Positions 28,501 to 43,500 of a stretch of 64,000 bases of DNA are shown here, one piece after another. The stretch covers positions 62,001 to 126,000 of the forward strand of contig NW_026861124.1 in assembly GCF_026571515.1 (NCBI RefSeq), read 5' to 3'. Below the pieces are notes generated by a model. That model worked only from the letters and a program-made list of their open reading frames with translations. It was not told the origin of the DNA and did not search any database. Position numbers and translations under genes: made by a program. This DNA is from Ruditapes philippinarum. Lineage: Eukaryota. Position 1 is the first letter of the stretch. Each line of letters begins with the position of its first letter.

Positions 28501-31500
28501 AGATACTTTGGTATTTTATACTGTATAATCTTTCTCATTCTATTCTTTGTTTCTCATCTTTTCTTTAGCTTTTTACCTTTTATATAATATAGGGTCTGCA
28601 TTATTGCGTGCTATTTTCTGTTTGCAGTGGGGACTAACCTGTGTGACCCCTGTGACCTGGCGACGACCACATGTGATGATGACCTGATCTGTAATCCAAA
28701 CACATACACATGTGAATGTCCGACTGATCATGTACAAATAGGAGACTCCTGCTGTAAGTTTATATATTTGAAATTTTCAATTTGTAACTTTAAAAAATAA
28801 ATTTCTAGATATTTTGTCATTTAAGAATATAAACTGTCAATGTGACACAAAATGGGAAAGAAAATATGAGCTGTGTCATGACAAAACCAACATAATGGCT
28901 TTGCAACCAGCATGGATCCAGACCATCCTGCACATCTGTGTTCTAGAGTTGGTAAGCAAACAGCATGGATCCTGATCGGACTGCGCAGAGGCGCAGGCTG
29001 GTCTGGATCCATGCTGGTCGCAAACCCGCTATGTTGATTTTGTCGTGACGCGGCTCAAATAAAGAAATTTAATTTTTGTTCTCACAGATGGTACTCAGGT
29101 CACAGAATCATGTACAACTACGCTAGACACATGTACAAATGACTTCGCCGATTGTAATGGGACAGTTTGTGATTGTATAAGTGGATATTCATGGAATGGT
29201 AGCAGATGTGGTAAGAATTGTTATTAAGATTGCAGATTTTAGTCCCTATTTGAACATAAATCGTTATTTGTTTTTAGATATTTTTATACTGCATGGTAGT
29301 TTTGAAGTAACCGGTCTAAGTCTTTAGATTTGAAAAGACTATAAATGCATGATTTTCCATGATAACCATGCTTGATAGAATATTTGTGACAGTTTTAAAA
29401 GACCATTAAACTTTCAGAGACACTGCAGTGTGACAGTTTTAAAAGACACTTATTTCTTAGTACTGTGGTTGGTTCTAGGAATGGATTTGAGATTGTTTCA
29501 ATAAGCTTTAATACTCACTGCTTTCAGCACAATCAAACTAAAATAAAGTAGTTATAAACTAACGTGAATAATTGTATAATTTGCAAATTATATAACTGCG
29601 TATTTTGTTTTTCTTCATGTTGTAACAAATTTATATTACAGTTGGAGGAAACCTATGTGACCCCTGTGACCCTTTAACAGTGGCTTGTGATGATGGCCTT
29701 GAATGCAGTACCGGCACATATAGATGTGAATGTCCAGATGATGAAGTTCAGATTGGGGATAATTGCTGTGAGTATTTGTATAAAACATGTTCTATTATCT
29801 AATGGTTTGCAAATAAACTATAATATATATTGCAACAACATACGATATCACTAAGAAATGTTTCAACTGAATCATACAGACGTTTGATTTTTGAACAAAC
29901 ACTATGGTACGTTGAGCTGAGGGACGTTCCATTACTGTTTAGTGGTGGCGTTAACAGAAATACCCACTGACAGGGGTGAAGCAGTTAAAAGCTTTGACAA
30001 GTCAACAGTTCACTTCAACTTTGCGTTTGCACAGGATTTCAGAGGTTCAATTAAACAGTTGTAAATAAGGAATTTAAAGTATTTATATATGGCATAAGGT
30101 TAAAAATTATGTAAGTATTTCATGCATATCATTAGCACGGGAGAGGAAGTGTTACACGAAGGATGGAGTTCTTATGATAACTTGTTTGGAGTTCTTATGA
30201 TAACTGTCACGGAGTTCCTGGAAAACGTTACGGATTTCTGTGGAAAACTTTTCTATGTACTTGGAGAAAATGGTTATTTTTAACTTTAAATGGGGAGTTT
30301 GAGGTGCTTAATTAAACTTTGATAATTAAGCTTGCGCTACATATTGTATTATGTTTCAGAAAAAAATCTTTTAGTCCATATTATATTTGAAAATTAAATT
30401 CATATGCTACAAAAACAAAAAAGTGAAATAAATGAAAATATTAGTTATGTAATTTAGTTTTTATGAATATGGAAGAATAATAATCAAACATGGCTTCCAA
30501 CACAAACAGGAATTAGCTCTAGTGTAACTGTTAAAGGGAAACTCATTATTTGGGTGGGTGGTGGGGGGCTTACAAGGTTCTGCCAAGTTTCTCCTAAACA
30601 GTTCCCCTTGAGTAAGATATCTTATATTGTCTCTATCTGTAGCTGGAGTAAGATTCTTATTAGATGTTTATTAAGTTGACTAATATTTAATAACGTCAGT
30701 GTAGACGATGATGGACAAGAGACGTAAGTTTAATGATTAAACCTAATACTTAGCTTATGACATTCCTTTGATATATTTTAGATGGGACACATGTAGGTGA
30801 TGATTGTACGACTAGCTTGGACACTTGTATTGATGACCATGCTGAGTGTAATGGAACAGTCTGTGATTGTATAGAGGATTGGGTATGGAACGGAACTCAT
30901 TGTGGTAAGTCTGTTTCTGAATCTCATTGTGGTAAGTATGTGTCTGGAGTTCATTGTGGTAAGTCTATGTCTGAATCTCATTGTGGAACGTCTATGTCTG
31001 GATCTCATTGTGGTAAGTCTATGTATGGAGTTCATTGTGGTAAGTCTATGTCTGGATCTCAATGTGGTAAGTCTATGTCTGGATCTCATTGTGGTAAGTC
31101 TATGTCTGGATCTCATTGTGGTAAGTCCATGTCTGGATCTCATTGTGGTAAGTCTGTGTCTGGATCTCATTGTGGAACGTCTATGTCTGGATCTCATTGT
31201 GGTAAGTCTATGTCTGGATCTCATTGTTGTAAGTGTAAGTCTGGATCAAATTGTGGTAAATCTGTCTGAATCTCATAGTGGTAAGTCTGTGTCTAAATCA
31301 CATTATGGTCAGTCTATGTCTGGATCTCATTGTGGTTAAAGTCTGTGTCTGAATGTCAATCTGGTAAGTCTATTTCTGGATGTCAGTGTGGTAAGTCTAT
31401 GTCTGGATGTCAGTGTGGTAAGTCTGTGTTTGGATGTCATTGTGGTAAGTTTATGTCTAGATCTCATTGTGGTAAGTTTATGTCTAGATCTCATTGTGGT

Positions 31501-34500
31501 AAGTCTATGTCAGAATCTCAATGTGGTAAGTAGATGTCTGGATGTCATTGTGGTAAGTCTATGTATAAATCTCATTGTGGTAAGTCTGTGTCTGGATCTC
31601 ACTGCGGTATGTCTTTGTCTGGATCCCATTGTGGTAAGTCTATGTCTGGATCTCATTGTGGTAAGTCTATGTCTGGATCTTATTGTGGTATGTGTGTCTG
31701 GATGTCATTGTGGTAAGTCTAGTCTGGATTTCATTTGTGGTAAGTCTATGTCTGGATTTCATTGTGGTAAGTCTATGTCTGGATCTTATTGTGGTATGTG
31801 TGTCTGGATGTCATTGTGGTAAGTCTAGTCTGGATGTCATTGTGGTAAGTCTATGTCTGGATTTCATTGTGGTAAGTCTATGTCTTGATTTCATTGTGGT
31901 AAGTCAATATCCTGATATTATTGTGGTAAGTCTGTCTGGATCTCAATGTTGTAAGTCTATGTCAGGATCTCAATGTGGTAAACTTGACTGGATGTCAAAA
32001 AATCTGTAAAAGTAGGCCCAATGGAACTATTTACTAATGTGTTTGCTGACACAGATGTTCTTATATTTCTGGAAGGTTGCCCAGGTATGAAAAAAACGAA
32101 AGTAAGCTGCACAATTTGGAAAATATGGTTCCAGTTATGGTTAGGCAATAATTATAATGACTGTTAGCTCAAAAGTCTTTCCTTAATAGATAAAATAAAA
32201 CAACTAGAGCAAAAATTATGTTGGTTTGTTTCTTGAGTGATATTTTATTACATTAAAAAACTTTTGTGACGTTTGTTTACAGTTGGACCAAATTTATGTG
32301 ACCCATGCGATCCATTGACAGAATCATGTGATACTGGCCTTGTATGTAGTTCTACCACATATAGATGTGAATGTCCGTCTGGACAAGTGCAGATAGGTGA
32401 CAACTGCTGTAAGTTTATTTTAATCTATCTTTAGCAGAGGTAATTAAGATAGTATGTGAAAAGTAAAACAAACAACAGACATGATTTTATGATAGTAAGG
32501 TAACCCTAAAAGGGGTGAAAATGTACACTTACAGTAAAAAAAATGGTTATGCTCATTTTATAAATCAAATGATGTTATTATACAAATTCAGCTAAGAGCG
32601 TATTACTTCATGTATTTTGAATATTAGAATACTAAAGTTTCCTGTATAGATGTAGTCAATAAAAAAGCGTAAATATGAAAAACTCAAAATAGTACCAAGA
32701 ATATACATGTATATACAAGAGTTTGACTGTTTGGTTATGGATGCATGTAACAACCTATTTTGCCATTTCTGTGGTTTACTTACTGCAGTGATCTGGAGTG
32801 AAAACTACCAGCACCACCACTACAGATTGAGAGACGGACAAATCCATTTAAGATACAAATGTATTAAATTGGATAAGGGTAAATATATCCCTAAAGAGAA
32901 GTTTTTTGGCTTGTCTGTGTTATGAGAAAATATCAGTCAAATGGAATGAATAATGAAGTGCTGCTTTTTCCAAACACCCTGCTGTGTTGTCCTCATTTAT
33001 ATTTATGTCACTCCAGGTTGTTTCCCCTGGAACACACTCGTGCAAAATTATGTAAATGTCACGATCTCTTTTTGTTTTGTTATTATAGATGGTACACGTG
33101 TTGGAGAAAACTGCTTGTCGTCACATGACACGTGTATTGATGACAACGCGGGATGTAATGGCACGGTTTGTGTTTGTGATGACGATCATGTTTGGAATGG
33201 AACTATTTGTGGTAATATTAATAAAATCTTGACAGTCTTTGGGTTTTTCCCCCTTATTTTAGCATCAAAGGTAGATAACTGTGGCAATACACTCAACATA
33301 AGTTTGTGTAAATACATGTATATATTTGTTCAGACATAAAATCCTTGCATCTATGTAAAGTTTTGCAGCTGTTCAAAATAAAATACTTTTTAGCTCACCA
33401 GAGCCGAAGGCTCAGGGTGAGCTATTAGTATCAAAGGGGCATGCTGCGGCATCCATCGTCTGTTGTCATGCGTCAACAATCGTCTTCTTCTCTGAAACTA
33501 CTAAGCCGATTTACTTCAAATTTTGTCTGTATTATCCTTGTGACAGTCACACTTGAATTTTCTCATATCATTCCAATTGGCCCCTTTTAGGGGTCAGCAG
33601 AGCTAAAAATAGAAAAACCTTTAAACATCTTCTTCTACAGAACTAATGGATGGATGATCACCAAACTTTGTCTGTAGCATTCTTGGGTAGTCTTTTATCA
33701 AATTTGCTCATATTAATTTGATTGGGCCCTTTTAGGGGTCTCTAGGGCTAAAAATAGAAAAACCTTTAAACATCTTCTTCTACAGAACCAATGGATGAAT
33801 GATCACCAAACTTTGTCTGAAGCATTCTTGGGTAGTCTTTTATCAAGTTTGGTAATATGAATTTGATTGGCCCCTTTTAGGGGCTGCTAAAGCTAAAAAT
33901 AAAAAAACCTTTAAACGTCTATTTCTACAGAACTAATTAATGGATGATCACCAAACTTTGTCTGTAGCATTCTTATGAAGTCTTTTAACAAGTTTGCTAA
34001 TATTATTTTGATTGACCCCTTTTAGGGGTCTCTAGGGCTAAAAATAGAAAAACCTTTAAACATCTTCTCCTACAGAACTTATTGATGGATGATCACCAAA
34101 CTTTGTCTGTAGCATTCTTGGGTAGTGTTTAATCAAGTTTGCTCATATTAATTTGATTGGCACCTTTTAGGGGCCGCTAAAGCTAAAAATAGAAATACCT
34201 TTAAATGTCTATTTCTAGAGAACTTATTGATGGATGATCACCAAACTTTGTCTGTAGCATTCTTAGGTAGTCTTTTATCAAGTTTGCTAATATTATTTTG
34301 ATTGGCCCCTTTTAGGGGTCTCTAGGGCTAAAAATAGAAAAACCTTTAAACATCTTCTCCTACAGAACTAATTGATGGATGATCACCAAACTTTGTCTGT
34401 TGCATTCTCGGGAAGTGTTTTATCAAGTTTGCTCATATCAATTTGATTGGCCCCTTTAAGGGGCCGCAAAAGCTAAAAATAGAAAAACCTTTAAATGTCT

Positions 34501-37500
34501 ATTTCTAGAGAACTTATTGATGGATGATCACCAACTTTATCTGTAGCATTCTTATGAAGTCTTTTATCAAGTTTGCTTATATTATTTTGATTAGCCCCTT
34601 TTACGGGTCTCTATAGCTAAAAAAAGAAATACCTGTAAATGTCTATTTCTACAGAACTAATGGATGAATGATCACCAAACTTTGTCTTAAACATTGTTGG
34701 GTAGTCTTTTATCAAGTTTGCTCATTTTATTTTGATTGGCCCCTTTAAGGGGCCGCTTAAATTAAAAGTAGATATACATTTAAACATCTATTGCTACAGA
34801 ACTAATTGATGGTATTGCTACAGAACTAATTGATGGATGATTACCAAACTTTGTCTGTAGCATTATTGGGTAGTCTTTTATTAATTTTGCTCATATTAAT
34901 TTGATTAGCCCCTTTTAGGGGCCGCTAAAATTAAAAATAGAAATACGTTTAAACATCTTCTCCTACAGAACTAATTAATGGATGATCACCAAACTTTGTC
35001 TGTAGCATTCTTGGGTACTCTTTTATCAAGTTTGCTTATATTAATTTGATTGGCCCCTTTTAGGGGCCACTAAAGCTAAAAATAGAAAAAGCCTCCGAAT
35101 ATCATTTCCTACTGAAATAATTAATAGATGATCACCAAACTTAGTAGCATTCTAAGGTAGTCTTTTATCAAGATTGCTCATATTAATTTGATTAGCCCCG
35201 TTTAAGCTAAAGCTTAAATGCCTCAGGTCATGGCATTTCTTCAAATTATTGTTTAAACATATTCTATGCTCAAATTTAATAGAATATATTGACATTCCAA
35301 CACTGATAAGCAGTTGTTTCTGGTAAGCGACTCAGGGCCATCATGGCCCTCTTGTTTATCAAATTCTTGTGCATTAACTATGTAACATTACAAGTTCCGA
35401 CTGTTAGAGTTATCATCAAGATTTGTTAGATTTTCTTAAAGATTACATATAAACCTAATGAGCATGCGTGCCTGCTACCATATTATTGTTTTCTCAAATA
35501 ATGATGTCACATTGGAAAACATACATGTCACATGACAAAAATGTACAAAAAATAGATATCCAACAACTGTCTAGAGGGGAAGATGGACTTCAGTGTTATT
35601 ATAATACAACTCCATATTTACTGTTTCATAAGGGTCCGTCATACTAAATTTTGTATTGATGTTAAACTATGTTGGTATACATTTCAGTCGGTCCAAACCT
35701 GTGTTCAAACTGTGATCCTAATACCGATTCCTGTGACACCGGTCTTATATGTAACCCGGTTACATACAGATGTGAATGTCCAACTGGTCAAGTGCAATAT
35801 GATGATGATTGCTGTAAGTGTTTGATTATTTGTTACGGGGGTTTGACAGTGTCCGGGTATCTCATGTGTTGCTGTATAATGTTTATTTAATAATGCAATA
35901 TTAAAGGAACTCTACTGAGGTCCAAAAGCCTAAAAGCATTAACTTGATTTTCTTATAAAGATCAACTGTGGCACTATACAAAATATTTAAGAAAATCGTA
36001 TTTTTGTGATTTTTTAAACCAATTTGAGTGAAAAGCGTTTTTTTCAATTTTAAACATTTTTCACAATGGACACATTTCTAGTTTCTTATTTTATTCTACT
36101 CATCTAGAGTGTAAACCTTTAAAGTTTATATATTTGGAGTATAATTTTAATTGTAATATTCTTTCAGACGGGACTCATATTGGTGATTCATGCACGACAA
36201 GTTTGAACACGTGTATTGATGATAACGCTGGATGTAACGGGACAATATGTGACTGTTTACCTGGGTCTACTTTTAACGGAACATTTTGCGGTAATTCATA
36301 TTCTCTTTATTGTATCTCTCTTTATTGCATGCCGGGAAAATTGTTGACTGCTAAAAACAAATTTCTTTGTTAACAAAACAATGTTAGAGAACTTAAACTT
36401 CTTCATTTCAGACTTACAATGGCTCTTTATAAGGTAGTTAAATTCAATCATTGCATATTTTGTGTGTATATCAAGTCGTGTTTTTAGTAGCATTTTACTT
36501 GGATGTTGATGTCAATTGTTCAGTTTAGCTAGACGAACTGTTAAGACAGTTTTCTTAACATACAAATTTAGTGTACATGTATAGGCATCAAATAATTACG
36601 GAGATTGAAGAGTGTATGAATTTATCCAAAAGTTTGACATATGATATATATTATAATAATGCAAATAAATCTCTTAAAGTCTGATTGGCTTAAACACTTA
36701 TATACTATGCAATAGAAGGTCATGAAGTACTGAAGCACACACAAATTACTATGTATTTTTCTACATCATAGACGGTTAACTTTGTGTATTGTATGCATAA
36801 ATGTTCTTATTGTGTTCTGTTCTTTATGACACATTTCTTGATTGCAATGTCATCACTTCATTAAAGTAAATATAGTGAAAAGTTACAATGCTATGACAGC
36901 ATTATTCTTGAATTACTTTATATTGCGCAGCGTTAGTGTATCCATTCATTACATGCATCTTTTTCCGCACTTCTTTGAAAACAGTCTAAAGTTGCTGGGT
37001 TTTCTTATGAACTTGTCGTCATTAACAATTTGCCTTATTATAAGTTTGTAATACAAGTACTGATGGGACTTAGTTGTAAATATAGCCTTCCTGACATTAA
37101 TATAACCCTCGGCTTTCCTGACATAAATATAACCCTTGACTTTCCTGACATAAATATAACCCTCGGCTTTCCTGACATAAATATAACCCAGGCTTTCCTG
37201 ACATAAATAAAACCCTCGACTTTCCTGACATAAATATAACCCTCGACTTTCCTGACATAAATATAACCTTCGACTTTCCTGACATAAATATAACCCTTGA
37301 CTTTCCTGACATAAATATAACCCTCGACTTTCCTGACATAAATATAACCGGCAGGTGATATTTATCTCATTCAGGTTGTATTTTTGTCTTATATATTGAG
37401 TCAGCAACTCGTATAACTCATTATATATTCTATGAGGTTTATGGATTCATTCAATATAATTATTTACAATATGAATTTTACAGTGGGTACACAACTGTGT

Positions 37501-40500
37501 GAGCCATGTGATCCGAATGATTCAACATGTGAGCAGCCTCTTCAATGTAGCTCTGACACCTACAGATGTGAATGCCCGCCAGGTCATGTACAGTATGACG
37601 ATGAATGCTGTAAATATTCTCCTTTTTTTCCCTTTCTTTATACTGTATACATTATACTGATGATAAATGAAAAATGACTATGCCACCATATTAAAGAAAT
37701 TGGCCAATTGGCATCTTTAATGTAAAAATAGAGAAACCAAGCTGTGCATTGGGTGCATAATAATATTTGTCCCTTTTGTAACTACATGTATTGACAAGTT
37801 ACTGTTTATTTGACAGCTTAAAGAAATCATTTTGAGACTAAGCTGTCTCTCTAACCTAATGTTTCCTGTTGGCAACTAAAAAGACAGTCTGATATAAAAG
37901 TTATCTCCCTTGTTTACATTTGGCAGGTGGAAATCAGTTTGATAAAGAAATTGTCTCCCTTAGAATTATTACATTTGACAGCTGGTAATCAGATATATAC
38001 TGAACCAAAAAAGAAACTTTCGCAAAGTACATGTATGTGCCAGTTGTTCAAGGGTACCACTTAGATGTACACACTTATATACATGTAGTAGCTTGTAAAA
38101 CTCGTTTTGTTTGCAAAATCGGTCAGCTAATCCCCGTAGAAAAGCCTGATATGTTTATTCAACGTAAAAATCGAGTTTCAAAAGGATTGAAAAACTGTAC
38201 TAACATATCTACATTCAAACTTGGAGAATGTTTCTTTTTTGTTTCAGTATATAAGTTATATTCCTTGCAATTTTCATTGTAGATGGGAGATTTGTATCAG
38301 AGCCTTGCACGTCCTCTCTCAACACGTGTATTGATGATAACGCCATATGTAATGGTACTGTATGTACATGTCGTGACGGCTGGGTATACAATGGCACCAT
38401 TTGTGGTAAGCTAGCGTTCAAGATTTCTGTTACCAAAAGAGTAAAAGAGATTTATGTATATTTTTACAAGTAAAATGCAATATCTGTGGTCGGTTAGTGC
38501 TTACTACAAAGGTAAAATTGCTTGCTTTACACTGAACAATTTTTAAGCATGTGGCTTAAAAGGAACTCCAGTGAAATCCAAAAAACTTGAAACAAAAAAT
38601 TTGAATTTCTTACATAGATCAACTGGGGAACTTATAAAAGAAAGTAATGCAAAAAGATTTAAGAAATAGACCAAGAAATAAATTAAACATCATATTTTTG
38701 TGCTGTCTAAGCCTGATTTGAGTGAAAAACATTTCAACGCTTTTCTTTTTTTTCACAGTTAGAATAGTTATTCCCAAATATTGGAGTGAGTAAATGATCT
38801 GATATTTGCACACAAGTTACTGGTCCAAACCTACATAAAATGGAAAATTAGTTTCAAAAAATTATTTTCAGTCTTGCCTTGTGAAAATTTATCAGTGGAG
38901 TCAGTTTAACCTTTTCCCTTATATAGACGTCTTTTGACAGCTTTTTGCCCCCCCCCCCTTTTTGAGGCTTCAAACAGTGAAAAAAATGCCCTATTTAGGC
39001 CCCAAACACTGTTTTTCATTTGAGTAATGTGTAAAAAAAAGTGACCACTTTTTCGGCGCGGCCCCCGTCAAAATGGTGCATCAGGGGGTTGCCTTCTGTT
39101 TGGGGGGTTTGAAGGGGGGGTGGTAGTCCCCCTCATCGCCAAGAAAATTTTGGACGTGGCAGGCTAAAAATGGCCTCAGGTCGATCTTAGGGTAACTAGT
39201 AACAGACACTAAAAAGCCTTTAACTCTATCTTAATTCATTGAGAAGTTGCAGCACTTCGAAATCAGTTTTGATGGAAAAAAACAATGCAAAATAGTGATT
39301 TTTCGCAATTTTGAGACGTCCCCCAGTGACCATGGTAACAGAAAATTTACGATTGAGCATGCTGTTACAGAGGCTATGGTCCAGTCAACATTTGTGCCAA
39401 GTTTCATCAGTATTGAAGCATTTTCATAGTATATAGCAGTTTGAACTTGAAATAGGAGGCTTTTCAATGAAAACGGACGTTTTTCACAATATGCTCATGG
39501 GGTAAAAGGTTAAAAGCACATTATTCCCCAGCAATGAATAAATTTATTCATCTTTTAAAAGAACAAACATGAATTACATAATGTAAACATAATGGTTTTA
39601 GAGCATACAAGTAACTTTTTACCTGAAGAATGTAGCACTGAAAGTGAATTTATTTGTCATAATAGAAGCAAAATCTAAACAAAGTAGTATTTTGACTTCC
39701 CTACAAATTACTAAAATACTATAATTGTACTGTAGCCAGAAAACAAAAGAAGCAAAGGATGGTTCAGGTAATTGGCCAATGAGTAACTTTTTGGTAATGA
39801 TAACAGAAGACCAGAACTAAAACAGTAAAAGTCATTTGAAAAATAAAAATAAAACCATTTCTGGGCCATATTGGGCTTTTAGATGAGATCATACTAAGCA
39901 TGCCATGTTATAATTTTTACAATGATTAAAATTAAAAGTAATCCCCTTAAATCATAGACTTTTAGTTCAGTACTCTATTACCTTTTACTTGATATTTTTG
40001 GTTGAGAAAATATAACTTGTTTATACAGTCGGACCTGGACTATGTGACCCGTGTGATCCATTGACAGAATCTTGTGACTCCAGTCTGCAATGTAATCCAA
40101 ACACATACAGATGTGAGTGTCCAACAGGTCAAGTTCAAGTTGGCGATACATGTGGTAGGTATTTATACTATTCCTTTTGTGTGTGTCACGCCCATGACTG
40201 ACTGTTTAACTTTATTGACTTTAAACCAATTGCCTTTCACCACTGTGTGTGTGTGTTCTAAGTTTAATAAGTGTGCAGCCGGCCTTTCAGGCTCCGAAAG
40301 TATGGGCCCGGTCCACTGTGGGTTTGAATCCTCTAATATGAGGAACATATCCAGTGAGGTTAGGGAACTTAGGTTCCACTTGTGTGCCTTTTGGTACCTG
40401 AAATAAGGCATGGAGGAGCACCTGAGGTCTATCTGCACCATTTTAGATAGTAAGTCGCCATATTACTATAACAGTGCAAAAAAAAAAAATCTTAATGTGG

Positions 40501-43500
40501 AAATTATTTTTGTTTGTTTGTGTAGTATGCTTAAAGACACACTCTTAAATCCTTTCCTTGAACCAACCAGTACTAAGCAAGGAATGTAGATTCTAACTCA
40601 AAGAAACAATGGTTTGTGCCTGACAGGGTTTATACCCACCAGATTGCAATCCTTAGATTACTGGTCTAACATGTTTACCACTTGGCTGCTCCACCATGGT
40701 AATAGCTTTAACATTTCTTTGATGATGATGAATAAAAAACATCATACATGTAATTTCACAAGAATAAGAAAACATGACAATAAAACATGGCTTATTGTTT
40801 GTTTCAAGTTGGCACTCGTGTAACTGACTCGTGTACTACTGTGATTAACACGTGTATAGATGACTATGCGGAGTGTAATGGGACAGTTTGTAATTGTGTG
40901 GACGGTTTTGTATATAATGGATCAAGATGTTGTAAGTATGACTAGTTAACTCCTTTAACTTTAGCAATAATGACTGAAATGCTAGGCATAAGCAACTGTG
41001 GGAAAAAAAATCTGTTACAAATATTTCAGCAACTTTTGCACCTTTTCAGAAAATAAAGTGACAAACAAAAATTTGAAATCAAATTAGATGTATATTGGCT
41101 TAGGTTTGAGTTATCAATTCTTGAAAACCACCAAAAAGGACAAAAAATACCCTTTCAGCAAAGGGTATTTTTTGCCCTTTTTGGCAATTTTCAATAAGTT
41201 CCTTTACATGAAAAATATATAAAAATTACCTCATTACTTGACAGAGTATTTAGATGAGATAAATGTCATGATTATCCTATGAATAGTGATGATACAAATA
41301 TTCAGTATTAGTAATCATGTTGATTGTGTTCATTTCTAAGAACTCAAGTCTGTGGAGAAATGTAAAGATAGGTATTTTTTGTTTCAGTGGGCATGGAGTT
41401 GTGTGAACCATGTGACCCAGACACGGAGACGTGTGCCTCAAATCTTGTCTGTAGCAGTGACACCTACAGATGTGAATGTCCCTCCAATCTGGTGCAAGTC
41501 GGTGACCAATGTGGTAGGTGTTACAAGTACTCTATCATTCGTTGAGTCTATCATTTGAATTTAGTTTGATCACCCGTTCTTAATAAAATACATGAATTTA
41601 CTGAACGTCATTCTGATGAGAATTTCAGAACCAACATCCCATGTTATGATGTTTTTACACATTAAATGTTAAACAGCTCAGCTGTTGTCATGCCCCAACT
41701 TAGTTGTAAGGTGAGACATATAGATTTGGTTTTTTTTTCCATCCCTCACACGGTCACCCTGTCCTGACTGAAAAAAAAAGTGGAATGTGGTGGCATCCAT
41801 CTACTATAGACACATTTTCTAGTTTCTAAATGGAGATAATTTGTTTCTTAATATATGAGCCGCGTCACGACAAAACCAACATAATGGGTTTGCGACCAGC
41901 ATGGATCCAGACCAGTCTGCGCATCTGCGCAGTCTGATCAGGATCCATGTTGTTTGGTATCAGTTTCTCTACTTGTAATAGGGTTTGTAAGCGAACAGCA
42001 TGGATCCTGATCAGACTGCACGGATGCGCAGGCTTGTCTGGATCCATGCTGGTCTCAAACCCATTATGTTGGTTTTGTTGTGACGCGGCTCATATGCACT
42101 TATTATCCTTCATGAAATAATATGACTTACCATTCTTCTAGACATAGTGACCCAAAACAGTGTTGTGTGTTTTGTCTATAGTTACCCTTGCCACACCAAA
42201 AGCTTCAAAGTCATTTAGTCATTTTAGCTGAATTTTTGTCATGGTCTTGCCATGTTAATGCTGAATTTTTGTTATGGTTTTGCCACTTCAAATTTGAAAA
42301 TTAAGGGATTTCAATATCAATATACAAATATCGAGCTACCAACAGTATAGAGCGTAGTCAGTTTGCTGTATAGATATGGCCTGACTCTAAACTGGTGGCA
42401 AAGGCTAAGCACAACCAGGTCCATCATCAGATACCCTCGGCTTAACCATTCACATTTATCAGCCGTGGGATTTTTGGCCAATATCCAGTTGATAAAAGAT
42501 GTGTCAAAGACAGCTATATCATTGGTTGCCTTACAATTTAATGGGATGATTAAAACCCGTAAGAAAGCTTGTCCTATAGGACTTCCTGTATTGAAGACAA
42601 AATTGCGACAACCAATTTAAAAGTTTAATATGAAAATTGTGAATGATTTCCAGCAAAAAAAGCTTTAAAACTTTAGTTACTGAAAGTTTTTTAACCTTCA
42701 TTGTGAACAGTATTAATTTTGTGTTAAAGTGATTTCATTTTACGCACTTGTTGATTATATTGACGCAAATGAATTTATTTTACCACCGGCTTGATCAAGC
42801 CGGTTAAGTGTTAAAAGGTTTCCGCTGATTAACAAACAATATTATAGACAATCCTTATGAATTTTAGTTGGAACACGTGTTGGAGAAGAGTGTGTTACAG
42901 AAACTGACACGTGTATTGATGATAACGCTGAGTGTAATGACACAATATGTGACTGTGTGGATGGTTTCACCTGGACAGGACTACTTTGTGGTATATATTT
43001 GTTTGTCAACCAGCTCATACACAGGTCCAGGATATTTTCACCAGACGGTGTTGGGGTTGCAAATTTTTGACTTATTTTTAAGGGACAATACATATAACAA
43101 AGGGGAGTTGGCATTTTACTATGTTTTTTTATAGATGATGAGTAAAAATATTTCTGATTTTCACTAGCTTTTGCGTACATTATGCCAAAAAAACCAACAT
43201 AAGTTAAATCTAAATCATAAAGGGATTCCATATACTAGCCAAATTACATATGAAGACATGATCCCCTTACACTTTCCCCCCTCTTGATCCATGCTCGCTG
43301 CTTTAATTGTCCTGTGTTATGATATTTAAAAGACACTGTGTATGTTTGTTCTCAAAAATATTGTACCTATTTCTATGGAATATGTGATTAGCTCATTACT
43401 CACAAGTGAGAATCCTTAAACATTTTCAAGCGTGAAGTGAAGATATGAAAAATTTCTCACTGGGGTAAAATATTTTCAATATTTGTTAAGAGAAATTTTT

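Noticed and set aside
30890-31985. Minisatellite as a CRISPR array or a standalone metallothionein-like gene
   Set aside because: Head-to-tail units with no unique spacers in a eukaryotic intron; the Cys/His ORFs have no independent start context and derive from the exon junction.
41570-41600. CTGATGAG hammerhead-like core
   Set aside because: No properly placed GAAA or helices.
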